Source of the DNA: Verrucomicrobiota bacterium | GTDB lineage: Bacteria > Verrucomicrobiota > Verrucomicrobiia > Limisphaerales > RI-55 | DNA: 64,000 bases | Assembly (NCBI GenBank): GCA_041689265.1 | Contig: JBDNGP010000028.1 | Location: 10,516 to 74,515 of the forward strand | Direction: 5' to 3' | Shown here: positions 60,878 to 64,000 of the stretch, in pieces | Position numbering within the stretch: position 1 is the first letter of the stretch | Layout of the letters: every line of letters starts with the position of its first letter | Program-made: the position numbers and the translations under genes | The notes under the pieces: generated by a model | Seen by the model: only the letters and a program-made list of their open reading frames with translations | Told to the model about the DNA's origin: nothing | Databases searched by the model: none

Positions 60878-63800
60878 ATGAGCTCTGACATCAGCCGACA
60901 ACGATTCGATCACTCAAGAAATTATGCCGGGGTCCTCATGCAGCAGGGGCGCGTGCTGCTCGACGCCGACTGGAATGAATGGCTTGAGATCATGGACCGA
61001 CATGCTCGCGCGGAGTCGCTCGACATCTTCGGGCCGTGCGCGGTGCCCAAACAGACGCCGGACGGTTTCCGCATCGGCCTGTCCGGCGGCAACATCACCA
61101 TCGGACCCGGTCGCATTTACGTACACGGAAACCTCGCCGAAAATCACGGTCGCGCACCGACCGAATGGGATCCGGTGCTCGCCGAACTGACGGGTACCGC
61201 CGACGTTCCGTTGAACCAACAACCGTTCCTTCCCGACCCGTCGCTGCTCAATCCGCAACCGCCAACTTCCGGTGGGCAGCACCTCGCGTACGTGGACATC
61301 TGGCAGCGCGAGGTTACTCCGTTTCAGCAACCGGATCTGATCGAAAACGCGGTAGGCGTGGACAGCACGTGTCGCTGGCAGACGGTCTGGCAGGTCAAAA
61401 TGCTGCCGAACGTTGGCGGCGCCACCGACAACGGTGCGATCACCTGCCGCACCGAACTTGGCGCATGGGATGACTTGATCCGGCCGAGCGCCGGACGTTT
61501 GTCCACGGACACCTTCAACGCGCCCGGCGATCCCGATCCGTGTCTGGTGCCGCCGTCCGGTGGCTACAAGGGGTTGGAAAACCGCCTGTACCGCGTGGAG
61601 GTTCACACGGTGAATGTGGCGACCGGCGCGGCGACATTCAAATGGGCGCGACACAACGCGAGCTTCGCCAGCGCGGTGAATTCAATCAACGGCGAAGACC
61701 TCGTGGTGGAACTGGTGGGGCGCGATGCCGACCTGCGATTCTCAGTCGGCGACTGGGTGGAAATCACCGACGATGCCCGTGAGCTCGCCGGGCTTCCCGG
61801 TTTCATGCGCAAGGTGAAAAACGTGGTTGATGCCACGCGTGTCGTGACGATTGACGGCGCGTTGCCGGCGGGATCGTTTCCCTCCGGCGCCGGCGGAACG
61901 ACGCTTCCGGAACGCCACACGCGTGTCCGGCGCTGGGATCACAAAGGACAGATTCGTTCAGTGAACGGAACCGTACATCACGATTTGAACGTCGCGGAAA
62001 GCGATGAATTAAAAAAGGGCGTGATGCCCGTGAACAGCGACGGCCCGGCGTTGCTGCTGGAGGACGGAATTCAGATCGCGTTCACGCTGGACGCGGGAAT
62101 TCCGGGCGGACGTTTTCGGGCGGGAGATTATTGGGTGTTTGTCGCGCGAACGGCGGATGCGTCCGTCGAGATTTTGGAGGAGGCCCCGCCGCGCGGGATT
62201 CATCATCACTATTGCCGGCTCGCGCTGGTGACGTTTCCCGGGACGGTGATCGATTGCCGGAAACTCTGGCCGCCGGATCAGGGCGACGGGCATGGATGCG
62301 ACTGCACCGTCTGCGTGTCCGCCAAATCGCACAATGCGGGAATTCTGACGATTCAAATGGCGGTTGATCAGGTCGCCGCGACCGGCGGAACGGTCTGTCT
62401 GGGCATCGGCATTTTCAACATCAACGAAGCCGCGATTCGTGTGCTGGGCGCGCGGTCGGTCCGCATTCGTGGTCAGGGCTGGGGCACCGTTCTCGCGCAC
62501 ACCGGGCCGGGCGCGGCGATGACCGTTTCCAGCTCCATCGGTCTGGCAATTGAACGTCTGTCTTTTCTCACCAACCGGCAGGAGCAGGGTCCGGCGGATC
62601 TCATGCTGGAGAACAGCGCGGACGTCGCGGTTGAGGATTGTTACTTCGTCCAGATTGGCAACGCGGAAGGCATCCGTGCCGCGATCGCCTTGGCCGGCGC
62701 TTTGATCCACACGCGCATTCAAAACAACGTCGTGTTCGCGAGCGCGGGAATCATCAACGCCGACGCGAATCAGAAGGACGTGGACCTCACCGCTCGACGG
62801 GCGCGTCCGCTGATGACGCTCGGATTGCACATCGAGGACAATCAGCTGCTCTGCGACCGGCTCGGCGTCCGGCTCGTCGGGATGTGCCTGCATCTGGGCA
62901 ACACGTCCATCCGCAATAATTTTGTGAACGACGCGCGCAACGGCTCAGTGCTGGCCAGCGGCGCAGTCTCGACCGAACTGTTCGGCGGCTCACGGCTGGA
63001 CATCACGGGCAACACCCTCCGCTGTTCCGGGGACGGCATCGGCGTCGGTACCGACGACACGCGAATCAGCAACAACGACATCGGCGCGGAAGGCGCCCGG
63101 TCTGGTCACGGGATTTTTGTGGATCAGGGCATTCTCCAGAAACCGGTCAACCGGTTGCAGATTTTTGAGAACCGGATTTTCGGGTTGGACGGCGACGGGA
63201 TTTTCCTGCGCGGACCGGTTCAATCCGGATTGATCAAGAGCAACCAGATCGAGCGCGTTCAGGGTGGCGGCATCGTGATGGGCGAGGACGCGGAAGCCGG
63301 GGAACTGGTCGTGGAAAACAACCAGCTCATCGAAGTGATGAACGTCTCCGCCAACCAGAGCGCCAATCTGCCGTTCCTCGCGGCGATCCATCTCATACGC
63401 GTTGAGCATGCCGACGTGTTGAACAACGTCCTTCGCGGAACAGCGTCCACCGCAACACTGGCCCCGCGACTGGCCGGAATTCAACTAACCGCCTGCGCCC
63501 AGTCGCGCGTAGAGGGAAACCGAGTGCATGGTTTGGGTCCGGACGGAGTGCCCGTGAGATCCGCTGACGCCATCGCCATTCTCGGCCTTCACGAACATAC
63601 TTCGATCGTCGGCAATCTCGTGGACCGTCCATCCACATCCGAGCGTGATCGCGCGTCACAATGGCGGGCCTTGAGAATTCTCGCGAGTGCGGCGGCCGTG
63701 TCGGCGGACGGCGGACGCGTGACCGCTTTCTCAGACACCGTCGGACGCCTGACGATGGCGCGCGTCAGCGATTTCGAAGCGATCATCACCGAGCGCAACG

Positions 63801-64000
63801 TGTTCTTCCGCACACTGCCCGCCGAATTCGCGCTCGTCCGTGGCAACCGGCTTTCTGCGTCGGGGGCCGCACCGGCGGTTGAAATCGCATCGTCCGGCCA
63901 TGTTCAAATGTCCGACAACCGGTCCAGCCTGGTGCCGCCCGTCAAGATCCCGGTCGTGTTGGTGCGCGCCCAAAGGATCATTTTCAACGCGAACTCCGTG
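60878..64000 (+). CDS. DUF6519 protein with right-handed parallel beta-helix (putative fibre/spike), 3' end outside the window
   Basis: Not in the ORF track because it has no stop in the window. MSSDISRQRFD..NYAGVLMQQGRVLLDADWNE, GYKGLENRLYRVEVH, RRWD, GDYWVFVARTA, HHYCRLA, then GGTVCLG and repeated IxxN beta-helix rungs. Confidence 0.88.
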   Translation, partial: MSSDISRQRFDHSRNYAGVLMQQGRVLLDADWNEWLEIMDRHARAESLDIFGPCAVPKQTPDGFRIGLSGGNITIGPGRIYVHGNLAENHGRAPTEWDPVLAELTGTADVPLNQQPFLPDPSLLNPQPPTSGGQHLAYVDIWQREVTPFQQPDLIENAVGVDSTCRWQTVWQVKMLPNVGGATDNGAITCRTELGAWDDLIRPSAGRLSTDTFNAPGDPDPCLVPPSGGYKGLENRLYRVEVHTVNVATGAATFKWARHNASFASAVNSINGEDLVVELVGRDADLRFSVGDWVEITDDARELAGLPGFMRKVKNVVDATRVVTIDGALPAGSFPSGAGGTTLPERHTRVRRWDHKGQIRSVNGTVHHDLNVAESDELKKGVMPVNSDGPALLLEDGIQIAFTLDAGIPGGRFRAGDYWVFVARTADASVEILEEAPPRGIHHHYCRLALVTFPGTVIDCRKLWPPDQGDGHGCDCTVCVSAKSHNAGILTIQMAVDQVAATGGTVCLGIGIFNINEAAIRVLGARSVRIRGQGWGTVLAHTGPGAAMTVSSSIGLAIERLSFLTNRQEQGPADLMLENSADVAVEDCYFVQIGNAEGIRAAIALAGALIHTRIQNNVVFASAGIINADANQKDVDLTARRARPLMTLGLHIEDNQLLCDRLGVRLVGMCLHLGNTSIRNNFVNDARNGSVLASGAVSTELFGGSRLDITGNTLRCSGDGIGVGTDDTRISNNDIGAEGARSGHGIFVDQGILQKPVNRLQIFENRIFGLDGDGIFLRGPVQSGLIKSNQIERVQGGGIVMGEDAEAGELVVENNQLIEVMNVSANQSANLPFLAAIHLIRVEHADVLNNVLRGTASTATLAPRLAGIQLTACAQSRVEGNRVHGLGPDGVPVRSADAIAILGLHEHTSIVGNLVDRPSTSERDRASQWRALRILASAAAVSADGGRVTAFSDTVGRLTMARVSDFEAIITERNVFFRTLPAEFALVRGNRLSASGAAPAVEIASSGHVQMSDNRSSLVPPVKIPVVLVRAQRIIFNANSV

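Noticed and set aside
37963-64000. Interpretation as prophage or T6SS
   Set aside because: No capsid, portal, terminase or integrase, and no TssJLM/ClpV; DUF4255, Afp15-like ATPase and DUF4157 indicate an eCIS.

Overview
GC-rich bacterial window, most likely Verrucomicrobiota/PVC (inferred from the LysM gene between murD and ftsW, the ECF plus Ser/Thr kinase pair and the GGTAG REP-like repeats). (1) 1-11.6 kb: dcw cluster on the minus strand (mraZ, unknown ORF, rsmH, ftsL-like, ftsI, murE, murF, mraY, murD, LysM, partial ftsW). (2) 11.8-15.1 kb: P1B-4-type metal ATPase and a PLP Ser/Thr dehydratase. (3) 15.3-32.2 kb accessory block ending at tRNA-Thr(CGT): a truncated ECF sigma remnant, an operon of three very large predicted secreted proteins, and a divergent ECF sigma plus Ser/Thr kinase-WD40 pair. 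(4) 32.5-37.5 kb: acs, MBL hydrolase, queD, redoxin, hypothetical. (5) 38.0-64 kb: an extracellular contractile injection system (eCIS; Afp/PVC-like) with sheath, tube, DUF4255, AAA ATPase, a multi-HExxH DUF4157 protein, hub/spike/PAAR-like/gp25/two baseplate-J-like genes and a DUF6519 beta-helix protein running off the end. Most striking observation: the secreted protein at 15812-19171 contains several isolated 9-17 aa peptides resembling the most conserved motifs of unrelated contractile-machine proteins (Hcp, sheath, tube, spike), without being a homolog of any of them. All family assignments are from motif recognition by eye; no searches were run.
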